Shown: positions 11,142 through 23,910 of the stretch, piece after piece
Layout of the letters: every line of letters starts with the position of its first letter
Numbering within the stretch: the stretch's first letter is position 1
NCBI GenBank assembly: GCA_013239625.1
Contig: MU054391.1
Location: forward strand, 1,889,130 to 1,953,129
Source: Lama guanicoe
Taxonomy: Eukaryota
Length of the DNA: 64,000 nucleotides
Direction of reading: 5' to 3'
Translations under genes and position numbers: made by a program
Notes under the pieces: model-generated
Told to the model about the DNA's origin: nothing
Databases searched by the model: none
What the model saw: only the letters and a program-made list of their open reading frames with translations

Positions 11142-13420
11142 AATGTTTTAAAATTTCTCATGAGACTTCTTTTTTGACCTGTGTGTTACTTGGCAGTGTG
11201 TTGCTTGATGTCCAAACATGTGAGGATTTTCCAGCTGTCTGTCCGCTGTTGATTCCTACCTTAATTCCAGGGTGATCTCTGAACATACTTTGTCGGATTT
11301 CTATTCTTTTATATTTGTTAATGTGTATTTTGTGGCTCAGAATATGGTCTGTCTTGATAACTGTTCCACACTGAGCTTGAGAAGAACGTGTGTTCTGTTC
11401 TGAACAGAGGATCCTACACATGTCGGTTAGATCCAGGTGATTCATCGTGTGGTTCAGGTCGGCTCTGTCTTGACTGATTTGCTGCGGGCTTTGGTGTATC
11501 GGTTACTGAAAGCGGGTACTGAGGTCTCCCGCTAGACACGTGGACTTGTCTAGTTTCCTTGTTCTATCAGTTTTTGCCTTGTATATTTTTATGCTTTCTT
11601 GTTTTGAACCCATTGCTTTGGGATTGTTATGTCTTATTGGAGAATTGTTCCCTGAATCATTATTCAATGCCACCTTTTATTCCTTAGACTTTTTCCCTTC
11701 CTCTGAAGTCTACTTTTGGTAAAATTAACATAGCCGCTCAGCATTGCCTTTGACTGGTGTTAGCGTGTTGCATCTTTCTCCTTCCTTTTCCTTGTAACCG
11801 ACCGACTCTTTAGGCCTGAAGTGAGTATCAGTGGAGCTGGACTCATGTTTATCATACGTCCTGTGTTCTAATCACTGCCTTTGCTTTTGTTTACGTTCCC
11901 TCTTCTTTTTCTGCCTTTTCTGATATTAATTGATCAATTTATAGTGTTGCATTTAATCTCTTCTCTCCTTGTATTCATTATATATCTTTGAAAATTTCTA
12001 AATGATTGCCCTAGAGATTCCAAAATACACTTAGTTAACGTACACCCACCTTCAGATAACACTGCGCTGCTCTGTGTGTCGTGTGGTTTCCTTTTCTTAG
12101 GATATTCCAGCTGTTTCCCTCCCATTTCTTATGACATCTCTGTCATTCATTCCGTTTATCCATATATCACAGTCATCAGCACATTTTTCCTTACTGCAGA
12201 CATGGGACCGGCCACTTCCAAGACTGTCACACTGTGGGTTGGAGCCGTGTCTCCCAGCGTGCTCCTGTCGCCGTGCTGTAGCTTCTTCTGTAATTTTACT
12301 TTTGTGAGCGTGAGTGTTTGTCCAGCAAGTTCCTTGCAGGCAGCATGAAGCTGAGTCCTGATTTTTAATCCAGCCTCACAATCACTGTTGTTTATTTGGG
12401 GCGTTTAGACCTCTTACAGTCAACGTGGTTATTGTCGACGGTTTGGTTTAATTCTCCCATCTTGCCACTTCTTTTCCATTTGCACCATTTTTACCTTTTT
12501 TGTGTTCTTTTGAGCAGTTGAGCATTTTCTTCCTTGTTCCAGTTGTTTTTGTTTTTGTTGTTGACCAGTTGTGTTTTCATTTTCTTTCTGTTTTTATTTT
12601 AATGGTTGCTTTGGGTTTATAATGTACACCTCTGATTTGTCACAATCTGCCTTCAAGTGTTACCAAACCACTTCACATGTAGTCTGAGAACCGTGTGAGC
12701 GAGTACTTCCATTCCTCTCTTCCTGGCCTCTGTGACGCTGTGATGTTTTGCTTCTTCATAAACTGTACAATATATATATTTAAAAATTCTTGCCTTCATT
12801 AGTTAATTATTTTTAAAGGGATTTAAATTATTAGGAAAATGATTTAAATTGTTGTTAAAATATACAAATAGCTAAAATTTCCAATTTTTAAAATTTCTTT
12901 GCATAGATCTAGGTTTTCACTTAATACCCTTTCATCTGCCGGAAAGGCCTCTTTTATTATTCCTTGCAGTGCCTGCCTACCTTGTATTAATTCTTCAGGT
13001 TTTGTCTTCTGGAAAATCTTTGTCTTATTATCATTTGTAGACAACAGACCTATTGAGTATAAAATTCTAGGTTGGTGCCTTTTTCTTTCAGTAACTCACA
13101 GACGTTACGCCTCTGTGCTCTGACTTACATCGTTTCCAGTGCAGAACCTGCTGCCTTCCTTTCCTTTGCTCTTCAGCGTGTGATGTGTTTCCACTGCCCC
13201 CTGCTGTCAGGACGACATCTTTAGCCCTTGCTAGAAGCAATCTGGCTTTGGGGTGACTTTGTGCAGCTCTCTTCCTGCATCTTTAGTTTGTCTGTATCTT
13301 TAGTTTCATTGAGTTGTTTTGTCTGTGGATTTATAGTTTGGGTGAAAATTGGAAAATATCTGGCAGTTACCTAAAAATGTATTTTGTTTTCTATTCCTCT
13401 TGTCCCTCTATTTTCCCACT
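11142..13420 (-). mobile_element. Old L1 (L1M-type): ORF1 3' part through ORF2 endonuclease region, degenerate
   Basis: ORF 11158-11445 LDLTDMCR...KTDHILSHKIHINKYKRIEIRQSMFRDH matches the L1 endonuclease C-terminus; ORF 12844-13044 resembles the ORF1p C-terminus. Confidence 0.85.
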
Positions 13421-14139
13421 GTGTATTTGGAAAAGTAAACGTGAAATGAGTTTTTTTGGGGGGAGGAGGGCATGATTTGTGATCATTTTGACATGACTAA
13501 ATAATTATTGTCACCCAGCTAAGCGTTCCAAGTAGATTTCAGGGACAATACTTAAGCTAGAGGCCAGGCCTTTGCCCCCATCCTAAGCATTATTGTCCTT
13601 TATTTGAGCCGCTGCATCAAAATTCTAATGAGCAGCCTGGACTTCTTTTATAAGGCTTAATCTCACTCACCCCTGACTTTAGATTTTAATCTCTTTTAGG
13701 ATGCCATTCATGACCCCTTTCCAGTCTGGGTGCAGCACCCCTCTTCTAAGTTCCTGTGGACCTTATTCTTATCTCTGTTTTATAACAATTACCAGGAATT
13801 TATATTACCTCTTAGTCTCTTTCTCCTTCTTAATATTGTGAACCTCTGGAGCACAGAAAGAAATTTTGCAATCCCCAACACCCAGCTCAGTGCTCAGCAT
13901 AAAGGGAGTACCTAATATGTGTTTATCAAAATTTTTTTTATTAAAACTGAGCTGAATTGCAGCACCTTACATACATTTATATTAAATTTCATTTCATTGG
14001 ATTTATCCCATCCTTTAATTCAAACAAGATCTTTACCTCTCATTCTTCCATCTAATGTGCTTTCCCCCAAAGTTTCCAGTTAACTGAGGGCTTATTAAGC
14101 ATGTCAACAATTTTCTATCCAAAAGTGAATTACGTTCTT

Positions 14140-14960
14140 GCTAACGTAGCTGTGGGCTAGCAGAATGCCCTACAGATCCTGCCAATTCGCTGGAAGAACC
14201 AGGAGGTGCTTCAGAAACTTGGACAGAATTGCAAAGCTTTGAGAATATAGAGGCCATGCTTTCACAATCCATTGCACCTGTGGTTGGCTTCAGCGATGCA
14301 GTTGGTATGATGATACTGCATTAGAGTACACTTGAGTTTTTTGTGCTGGGTAAAGTAATCAGGAAATAATAATTCCGTGGAGCTTGAAGACTTGTCTGGA
14401 GGCACGAGAGCATCGTGAGGAGAAATAAGTTATCAGTTCTGATGTATTTGGAGACTAGGAAGAACTGGGCCTACTGGCAGCCCCATGCTGTGTCCCAAAA
14501 TGCTTCTGCTGAGCAGTCAGCTCTGCGGGCAAGCAGGCGGCCCTGCGCGGCGTGCTTAGTAAACGGAGGGTGAGACAAACTTATATCAGAGTTTCTCTGC
14601 CATAGCATTTGAATAAAAGCTTGACCCAAGTTAATCAAAATTTCTTTGTTGCGGGACTTCTCAGGACTTCTAACATGTCAATGATTTGTTCATTGTTTAG
14701 GTTCCACGAGCTAGGACCTCTGGGTGCAGTCTCCCATTTGATCCGGGACTGTTTTTGCCAGGTTTCCTCTCAGGCTGTGTCCCACGGAGGACAGGGCTGT
14801 GGTGGTGGCGGATGTTCTCTGTAAATTCTGGACGCTCTCTTCTAGTGGTGCAGGCCGTGCAGTGACAAGACAGAGATGTAACTAATGTTTCCACCAAGAG
14901 CTACTGTCACTGAAGAGCCAGTGTGGCAGCAGCTTCATGTCACATGGGGATTTTTGAAGC
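14140..14960 (-). pseudogene. Large fossil exon, boundaries approximate (WQKQSRIKWETAPRGPSSWNLNNEQIIDMLE; EILINLGQAFIQMLWQ; MASIFSKLCNSVQVSEAPPGSSSELAGSVGHSASPQL)
   Basis: Unique sequence with protein-like blocks in shifting frames; splice sites not pinned down. Confidence 0.45.
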
Positions 14961-15386
14961 TACACTAGTAGAAATTAAGTAGCAAATAGTCACTACGTTG
15001 ATGGATTGTGACTTGTACCTTCAGTGTGACCTTCCAGCTTGATGCATGTCATCTAAGGAGTAACGTGTGCGGCTTCATCAGTTACCGGGGAAGTCAGGTC
15101 TGCCCCATGTGGGTAACAGTGACGCATCCTAAGCACGCACTTTAGTACATCTGCCTTTCCCTCTAAATGACCACGGTCAGCGTGCGTGCAGTGAGCCAGG
15201 ATTCTTTGCTAATCATTTGTTTTTCTTAAGTTGTTTCAAACAGCTTCTATAGGGCAGAGTAGGGATTTGGACAAAAACCAACCAACATATAAATGAAAAA
15301 CTAAAGACACCTATTTGTAATCCTTTCTGTTCAAATTGCTTCCCTGCGCTTACATTCCTTTTCCATCCAGATGGTGGCCATGGCAC

Positions 15387-15716
15387 TGTCTCAGTCTGTG
15401 CAGGCTGCTGTAACAAATGCCACAGACCAGGTGACTTAGACAGCAGAAATCGATTCTTCACCTTTCCAGGCTGGAAGCCCCAAACCAAGGTGTCAGTAGA
15501 TCAAGTGCCTGGTTTGCAGAGGGCAGCCTTCTTGTTATGTCCTTACATCGTGGAGAGGGCGAGGTCTTCTGTCTCCTCCTCTGTTATCAGGGACTAATCT
15601 CAGCATGGGGGCTCCGTCTAATCACTTCCAAAGACCCCACCTCCTAGGATCCTCATATGGGGGGTTAGCCTTTCAACACATGAATTCTGGGGGGACACAA
15701 GCATTCAGCCCTCAGC
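15387..15716 (-). mobile_element. MLT1-family (MaLR) solo LTR
   Basis: tgtctcagtctg..ggctgctgtaacaaatgccacagacc...ggctggaagccc..accaaggtgtcag...ggggacacaagcattcagccc. Confidence 0.85.
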
Positions 15717-16065
15717 TGACACCTACGCGCAGTCTCTCACATCGGCACCTCAGGTCGCTTCCTTGCACTCGCTTCAAATCTTAGCTCCTTCCCTCTGTGC
15801 AAATTTGCCTCCACAATTCTGCTCCCTGCAGTCACCTTCTTGGTCTCCTTGGCAACTTCCTTCCATCCCAATGCCTCATCCTAGGCTTCCCGGATTAGGA
15901 AAGTATTTCTTAGTTTAAACACGGTTGCCTTGTTTACAAGCAGAAGCCTGTAGACGTATTGACTGTGAATGGTCCTTAGGATGAGAAATGCTGACATGCA
16001 GGCGTCTTTGTGAATGCAGATAAATGTCAGTGAGTGACGAACACGAGCCAATGATTAGCGCTCAC

Positions 16066-17017
16066 CAGGGTCAATGAACAGGACTCTGCTAGCCGCCCCC
16101 GTTGGTCTTCCTCCCCGTGGACACGCAGCTGTTCACGTGGGCAGATTTGCACACGAGCAGGTAGAGTGGTGCCCTGTCAGTCTGCAGGGCTTACGAACAT
16201 GGGCCTCAAAGAAGTGCCTTTGCTAGACAATTCAAACCTGCCTTTTTGGTACTATGCTCCGCGCCTACTTTCTCCTAAGCTTTCTGCTGTCATTTCTGTT
16301 TTCTCCATGAGTCTTTCCTAGGAGTTTCTCTTCTTCTCACGCCTCAGGGGCCGTACAGTCAGGTTTCCAAGAATTTTACCATAAGTGCCAATTAGAAGGT
16401 TGGAGTGAAGGCTGCTAAACCATCTGCTGGGAATGAGTTTTCCGCGGTCACGTGGGAGTGTCCACGCGTGTCACTGGGGGCTGTTCCATCTGCTTCCATC
16501 AGCTAACGCTTGCTTTTTCAGCCATCTCAGGACCTATAAAAAGTGATTGTTATTTTTAACTCCAATGACACAGGTACAGTTAGCCCTGAACAACAGTTAG
16601 TTTGAACTGTGTGGGCCCACCTATGCCCTATACTCGAATTTTTTCCGATAAATATAGTACCTGTATTTTCACTTTACAGGTCTTTAAATGACCTAAGTGT
16701 GGGGAAAATTGTGTTCGATTAGAGATCACAGTATCTGTATTGTGAATAGATGATGCGGCAGGAATCAGATGAACAAGGGTGTGAGCTTTGGTTCTGCCCA
16801 AACGGTTTCAGCTTCCTGCTTCGGGTGACTGGTGTGTCACTTCCTTTATTTTTTGGGATTTTCGACTGTGTGGGGCACTGGTGCCCCAACCCCCGAATGG
16901 TTCAAGGGTCAACTGTATATGATACGAGGAAGGAGTAAAGTCATTGAGATGTTGGTCTATTAGATTGTTTTCTTGAAACTATGTGGCAGTTTTACTCTCT
17001 TCCTCCATGTTTCGTAC
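16066..17017 (-). pseudogene. Fossil exon interrupted by a Tigger2-type element
   Basis: atccttag| acceptor, ctg|gtgagc donor; reading frame ...DFTPSSYHI/PVSLELK continues across the TA insertion site once the element is removed. Confidence 0.5.
16577..16915. mobile_element. Tigger2-derived non-autonomous DNA transposon (MER28/Tigger2a-like)
   Basis: Terminal inverted repeats cagttagccctgaaca... / ...ttcaagggtcaactg, flanked by TA on both sides. Confidence 0.85.
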
Positions 17018-18225
17018 CTAAGGATTTGAGCATTTTAATAAACTTAAATGTTTTATTAACCGTGACTGCTGTAAACCGGTTCGCAAGTGTGTGTTCAAAG
17101 TGGGTTCATCCTTGTTAGTCATTAACACAACGGACTTTGCAGTCAAGGTCGCAGAACCGAAAGCTGACCCCGGATGTTTAATGCCATGTGTTAACGTGGA
17201 GGCCTGTGCTGTGGAAGTGGCCCGGATGGTCACGGAACACGAGAGGTCGTGGAAGGCGTTCTGATGAGAACACAGGAACCGCGTGTCCGGGAGAGCAGCG
17301 TCTTACAAGGAGCTGAGCTTTTGCTGGCGACACTTGCAACAGTAACACAGGAAAGCAGACTTCTCAGTGAGTCACTGATGAAAAAGACGTGACTCTAAAG
17401 TTACAAAACCAGTGATTTTGAAACAAGCACAGCAAACCTGGATGCTTCCCTGCTGCCCTGGCTTCTTTACTCTCTGTGTCTCCGAGCTGCTCTTCCATCC
17501 CCCGGATCTCCCCCTCCTCCCAGGACTCGGACCGGTTTGTCTTTCCCAGCGAGGATCTCACGCAGTTCCACCTGCCGTGATTGCTACACACACGCACCCC
17601 TGCCTTCTCCCATGTCTGTGGCGTCCTCATGAGTGTTCACTGCGCTGAGAGCATCCCAGTCCGTCCCGTCCTCTGTCCTCCTCTGCACCGCGTCTGGACG
17701 CATGGTGCGCTTCTGCTGCTGCCCTTCGGATCCACAGGGACATGGGTTTTTGATGTCTGCCTCCCTCATTAGTTCTCTCTGCAGGCACAGCCATGCCTTG
17801 TTCATTTCCATATTCGCAGCAATGGGCAGTGCCAAGCCATAATAAACGCCCGAATGTTGGTTGATTAAATGAGTGAGTTTAAACAATTCTCCCCATGGGC
17901 TGCAGCCAAGGGCAGCCAAAACCATCCTTCCTTCCTCCCATCAGCTTTCCTGTCCCAAAAGACTTCAAATAAAGCAGCATCCGCGTACCCTGGGTGGGTG
18001 TATAAGCAAATTAACAATGTTTACTGAGCTGGCGCAGCCTGAACACACATCCCACAGCCCTGCTCCACCCTGACTGCAGAAGACTTTCGTCTTGTGTGGA
18101 CTTCCCAGCACTGCCGCGGCTTTGCAGGAGCCACACCAGGGACGGTGCGGGACTTGTCATGCGGGAGCCCTTCCTTTGAGGTATTTCTGAGCTCATTTAA
18201 GAGTTTCTCTCACTCTCTGCCTCTT

Positions 18226-18258
<33 letters not shown>
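18226..18258. repeat. (CA)n microsatellite
   Basis: Direct read. Confidence 0.95.
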
Positions 18259-18259
<1 letters not shown>

Positions 18260-18339
18260 GTGATAAATCCTTATCACTTTTTCTTAATTCTAATTTGGGC
18301 AATGTAATTACTCAGTGGAAGTGGATTTTGTCTTTAAAC

Positions 18340-19120
18340 TTTATTATTTATTTGTTTGTTTCTTTTTTGTTTTTTTTTAGACATTACTTTTTTTTTAAGT
18401 TGAAGTATAGTTGATTTGCAATAGTGTCCTAGTTTCAGGTGCACATCATAGTGATTTCATGGTTTTTTTCTTTGCAGAGTATATCCCATTATAGGTTATT
18501 ACAAAATATTGGGGATAATTCCCCATGCTGAATAGGAAATCCTTGTTGCTTATGTGTCTTTTATTTATTTATTGTTTGTTTAATTAAAGGACAGTTGACT
18601 TACAATGTTGTGCTAGTTTCAGGTGTGCACCAAGCGACTCAGTGATAAATCCATACATATGTATGTGCATTCTTTTTCATATTCTTTTCCATTATAGTTA
18701 CTGCAAGATATTGAATATGGTTCCCTGTGTGATACAACGGGTCCTTGTTGTTTATATATTTTATGTGTAGTAGTGTGTATGTTAATCCCAAGCTCCTAAT
18801 TTATCCCTCTCCCATTTCCCTTCTTTGGTAACTGTAAGTTTTAAACTTTAATTTTTAGAGCAGTTTTAGGTTCATAGCAGAATTGAGGGGCAGATACAGA
18901 GGTTTTCCATGAACCCCCAACCCCACACACACACACAGCCTCCCCAGCATCACCATCCCCACCAGATGGGATACTTGTCAAAGCAGGTGAACCTCCGTTG
19001 ACACGTCAGTGTCACCCGTGGTCCGTGGTTTACGTCAGGTTCCCTCTTGGTGGTGTGTGTCCTGCGAGTCAGGACAGATGTTGGTGACGTGTAGCCACCA
19101 TTACAGCATCGCATGGAGCG
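18340..19120 (-). mobile_element. Stack of L1 3' end fragments (two younger copies, then an older L1MB/MC-like copy)
   Basis: Repeated ttgaagtatagttgattt.caat.gtg..ctagtttcaggtg termini; tttttagagcagttttaggttcatagcagaattgag. Confidence 0.8.
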
Positions 19121-19299
19121 TTTTCTTGCTTTATGCTTCAGTCTCGTAAAGTTCACCCTCAGAGAAAGATTCTTTCCAACACAGGAAGAAGGTACTAGTG
19201 ACACAGAGCACATTCTCTGTGCCAAGCACTAAGTGTTTTACGGATAGTGACGCAATTAATTCTCATAATAGACCTGTGAGGCAGGCACTGTATTATCTA

Positions 19300-19500
19300 A
19301 TTTTTTTTTAATTGACGCTCAGTTGATTTGCAATGTTGTGTTAGTTTCTGTGTACAGCATAGTGAGTCAGTTACACACACACACATATATATATACACAT
19401 ATATTTTCAGATTCTTTTCCATTATAGCTTGTTATAAGAAATTAAATACAGTTGCCTGTGCCATGCAGTGGGTCCTTGTTGTTTATCTGTTTTATATACA
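19300..19500 (-). mobile_element. L1 3' end fragment
   Basis: attgacgctcagttgatttgcaatgttgtgttagtttctg... Confidence 0.75.
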
Positions 19501-19939
19501 GTGACACTTACTCTCACAGTAATGGTTACACGTGGCCCTTACTCCTCACTAGTAACAGTTTCTCTCAGGATCGCGTGTGCTTGGTGAACCCCTCCAGGGC
19601 CTGTTGAATGTTCTCGCAGGGGAGAGTGACGTCCACTTGGGGGCTGCGTGGAGCACTTGCCCCCCTGTGAGACGCTCACCAGCTGCAAAAGCAAATGTGA
19701 TGCTTGATTATATTTGCAAACGAGCAGTTGCACCTTGTGGGGGTGTCCTCATTACCTTTCAAACAAATGCGGTGTTTTCATGCCCCAGACCCAGAGCCCC
19801 GGGTGGAGGGTCATGCTGGCCCCCACGAGCCGGCCCGCCTCCTCTGCGTGGCAGCGGCCTGCTTAGCGCTGTAACGAGGCGCTGTCCACACAGCTCACAG
19901 GGCACCCTTGTAACGTGCTCAGTAGTGACCTCACAGTAT

Positions 19940-20428
19940 TGATTTTTGAAAATTATGGTCAAGTAAATATAATATAAAATTTGCCATTGTAACTATTTTT
20001 TAGGTAGCATTAATTACATTTACAGTGTTGTGCAACCATCACCAATATGTATTTCCAAACCTTTTTCATTAGCCCAAACAAAATCTCCACACCCATCACA
20101 CGCCACCTCCCTGCCTCACCCCTCCCAGGTCCCGGTAACCTCTACGCTGTCCTCTGTGTCTGTGACTCTGTCTGCTCTGGGTACTTCACATTCGTGGGGT
20201 CACACAACATGTGTCCTTTGTGTCTGGCTTGGTTTGACTTAGCATCGTGTTTGCCAGGTCCCTCCAGGTAGCAGTGTGGACCAGAACCTCACTCCTTCTG
20301 GCTGAGTAACGTCCCAGGGCATGGACAGAGCAGATCTGACTCATCCATCTGCCGATGGACTCTTGGGTCGTTCCCACCCTTCGGCTTGTGTGAGCAACGC
20401 AGTATTGCAGTGAGCTTGAGTGCGCAGG
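19940..20428 (-). mobile_element. L1MB-like 3' end
   Basis: aatataaaatttgccattgtaactattttt...gttgtgcaaccatcacca...tttgtgtctggctt..ttgacttagcat. Confidence 0.8.
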
Positions 20429-20429
20429 T

Positions 20430-21000
20430 CGGCCTTAATTTTAAGGTCAGTTGTCGTCAGCATGGGAAGACTGAGGTAAGTTGCCCAATTTCAGGAGGAT
20501 CATCTGCTTCAGTTTTCTCCTCATGCTATTGGCTGGTGTCCCATGTGGCCCGCATCCCCTGTGCACCCCCTGCCTCCCTCCCCCGCCTTGGCTGCTGCAC
20601 CCCCTGCCAGCAACCGCCACCCACTGATCGTGCTCACAGCCTCCGAGTCTTGTCACCGAGGTTCTCCAGGTAGCGCTGGAAGCCAGCTAGCACCAACACG
20701 TGAGATGATACCTATTTCCACATGAAGTTCAGATAAATCATAAAAACAGGGAAGGAGAGCCAAAATATTGTGGGCTTCCTGAAAGTTTCTTCAAAGAAAA
20801 TTATTTCTACCTTCAATTCCCGGTATTAGATAGATTCCAACTTCATAAACTTCCTGGCCAGCTCCTTGTAACATGTAACATTTGCCCCCAGATTTCCTGG
20901 CTAGCTCCCCCTAACATATAACGCGGCACATACTAGTAGTTCTAGGGGTACATCGGATAGCTGCAGTGTGCTGTGAAGGTCTTCATACATGTTGCAAGGA
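20430..21000 (-). pseudogene. Two fossil exons separated by a 99-nt intron (20712-20810): MYEDLHSTLQLSDVPLELL...YKELARKFMKLESI*YRELK | VSSHVLVLAGFQRYLENLGDKTRRL*
   Basis: aag|gtagaa donor and aaatag| acceptor, both phase 0; outer ends approximate. Confidence 0.5.
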
Positions 21001-21049
21001 CTTCACTAAGCCAGTGATTTCCAAGCCATATAATTAAGTGAATAGCTCT

Positions 21050-21420
21050 TAATATATATGGTTGTTGGCAGGAAGAAAGGGTGCACAGGCCAAGCACAGA
21101 GAATTCTCAGGGCGCGGAAACTCTTCTGTGTGACCACTGTTATAGGGGATACACGTCATTTTTAGCCATTTGTCCAAACGCACAGGACGTACAACGCCAG
21201 GAGTGAGCCCCGGGGTGAGCCGTGGGCTTCGGGTGATGGTGGCGGGTTTGTGTAGGTTCAGCAGTTGTGACAAGTGCACCGGCTGGCGGGGGTGCTGAGA
21301 ACGGGGGTGGCCATGCACGCGTGAGGCTGGGGAGTTTAGGGGACTCTCTGTACCTTCCACTCAAGTTGGCTGTGAACCTAAAACTGCTCTAAAAAAATAA
21401 AGTCTATTTAAAAAAAAATC
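21050..21420 (+). mobile_element. L1MC-like 3' end
   Basis: ...ggactctctgtaccttccactcaagttggctgtgaacctaaaactgctctaaaaaaataaagtctatt with A-rich tail. Confidence 0.8.
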
Positions 21421-21629
21421 CCAAAATATATACTGCACAGAAAAAAAATATACAGCTGCCCAAAAATCTGGACCAAAAAATATATATATAGCACCCAGGA
21501 ATCTGTCTGTATATATTATATGTTATCTATGTCTTCATTATTATAATTACATATTCATTATTCAATTATACATATAGTGTATGACGTATAATATATTACT
21601 ATATATGAGTAACAATTTTACATACACAC

Positions 21630-22793
21630 GCGCTGAGTTCTTTAATCCATAAGGCAACCGAACAGGCCCCAGAGAACCATTGGGTTTTCATCAGCAAGAA
21701 GCCTACTGGGGGTGTCTGCAGGGAGCCGAGAATTTAAACGAAATGCTGTCACAACCTCCTCTCTCCCCACGGCTTCCTGTTGGTTAGAAGGCAGATGCCC
21801 CTCAGTGCAGCCTGTGACCACGCTCCTCCAGGCTGTTCAGGTGGGTGCCGTGTGAGCCCAGCCCGGAGCGGGGCTCTGCAGGGACCAGGGCTGAGTCTGT
21901 GACCGCCTCCGCCCCACGCCATGTGCACACAGGACAGGCGGTGGCTGACGCCTCTGGCCGGCTTCCAGACGATGAGAGGGTTGTCAGGAAAACAGGAGCT
22001 GTCTGGAGAGGCTCATGGTCATTATTCCTGGAGGTTGAATGTGGTCCTGGTCGGGGGTTGGGGATGGAATGTGGGTCCTGAGATGCGACGTAGGAATCAG
22101 TTGGCTATTACTGCTTTCTTTCTGGATCAAAGACTATGTTTTGGGGCCAGCAAAATGGGGAAAACCTTGGAAGTTAGTGTTTGAAAAACTGTGGGAATTA
22201 AGCTCAGAAGCTCTTGGTTTGAACCAAATTTCTGACACAAATAGCTTCTCCAGTTTGTCTTCGTGTGTGGATTCTGATTCTGTTTCTCTGACTATACTTT
22301 TCTCTTTGAGGCTCAGTTTTTCTCACCCGTAAAACCAGTGCAAGTGTATCTGCCTCACTCCAGCTGCAGGGACACGGTAAAAGCCGAAGGGATGGACTTG
22401 GTTCCAGTGCTCGTCAGCTCAGACAGGGGCCTGCGTCCAGTACCGGCCGCGGATAGGAGCGCCGTGTTTGCAGGCGGTGTGGCCGCGCCCGGTCAGTTCA
22501 GGTGTGTGGAAGCCTGCTCCCCGGTGGTTGCTGAGCAGCCCTAAGTCTGTCTTGTCTCGGAGTCGTTGATCTGGGTCTGAGTCAGGCCCTGACAACAGGC
22601 CCGAGCGGCAAACCCGCTGGTCTGTTTCCCGAGGCCATCGAAGCCCTCGGTCGAGAGCTTCTGCCTTCGTTGTCGTCTTCGGATTTGAGTCCACGTGTTT
22701 TCACTGGTTACCGGTGCATCTTCACACGGCCGTTAGAGGCGTTCTTGTGATGTGCAGCTGGACCTTACGGAATTCACTTGTACGAGATTTAAA
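21630..22793 (-). pseudogene. Large fossil exon (EKLSLKEKSIVRETESESTHEDKLEKLFVSEIWFKPRASEL...)
   Basis: tgcatag| acceptor; long near-open stretches; 3' end approximate. Confidence 0.45.
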
Positions 22794-23377
22794 CTATGCA
22801 ACAATGCTTATTTTTTTGCTCTAAATTTATTATTCTTCAAAAACCTTTATACAGGTAACATGGGACAGTTAACACTACCGAAACTACCAGAAGAAGGTGA
22901 CTGTCCCAGCAAGCGAGGTTACCGCGGTTCACGTCCCAGCGGCTGCCTCCACACACTCCTCCACAGACAAACGATCCTTTCACGTCAGTGGGGTCACGTA
23001 TTCATACATCGCTTAAAAGAAGCTTGGACTCTGTGTGCGGGTTTATTGTGGTTTGATGCTGCTCTGTTTCAGATGAAAGGAAGAGTACTGAGGACTGGCC
23101 AATCATTGCCTTAAAAATACCAAGGGTCATTATGATTGGCACCTCCCTACGGGGAGCCTACTGGGCCATCTGCCTTAGTCACCTGCTTTCGATGTTTAGT
23201 CCAAACTCTTACCTTTCTTAGCAGCTGTGCAATATTTGGAGAATCATTGTGTGTTTCTGAACTTCAGGTCCTTGGTCTGAACACTAGGAGATTGGGATAA
23301 GTAATTTCCGAGGTCCCCTCTAACACTATTCTTCTGAGAAAGTCTGTTTTGGCTGCCTCACCTGCAGGAAGCTCACT

Positions 23378-23910
23378 GTGGGTGGATGGATGGATGAGTG
23401 GGTGGCTGGATGGGTGGATGGCAGATGGATGGCTGAGTGATGGTTGAGCAGATGGTAGAAGGATGGATGAATAGATGCATGGGTGGGTGGGTGGATGGGT
23501 GGAAGACTGAGTGAATGGTTGGATGGGTCCATGGGTGTGTGAGTGGATGGATGGATGGGTCCATGGGTGTGTGAGTGGATGGAGGGATGGGTCCATGGGT
23601 GTGTGGGTAGATGGATGGATGGGTCCATGGATGGGTGAATGGGTGGGTGGGTCCATGGATGGGTGGGTGGGTGCCTCTCATTGGTCGCTGGTGGGTCTTC
23701 GCTGGAGAATTGCTTCCTGAGGTCGTCTTCTGCCCATGTTTGGATTGGGTCGTCTTCTGTCCNNNNNNNNNNNNNNNNNNNNNTGGATGGATGGGTCCGT
23801 GGGTGTGTGTGTGGGTGGGTGGGTTGATGGATGGGTCCGTGGGTGTGTGGGTGGGTGGGTGGATGGATGGGTCCGTGGGTGGATGGGTCTGTGGATGGGT
23901 GGGTGGGTGG
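23378..23910. repeat. (GGAT/GGGT)n array with a ~28-bp higher-order unit, an embedded L1 fragment and an N gap
   Basis: ggatggatgggtccatgggtgtgtgagt repeats. Confidence 0.9.

Noticed and set aside
23213..23361. Exon-like segment with cag| acceptor and |gtaaga donor
   Set aside because: Sequence resembles a MIR3-type SINE, so it was not counted as a fossil exon. It also shows that splice-like signals arise by chance.
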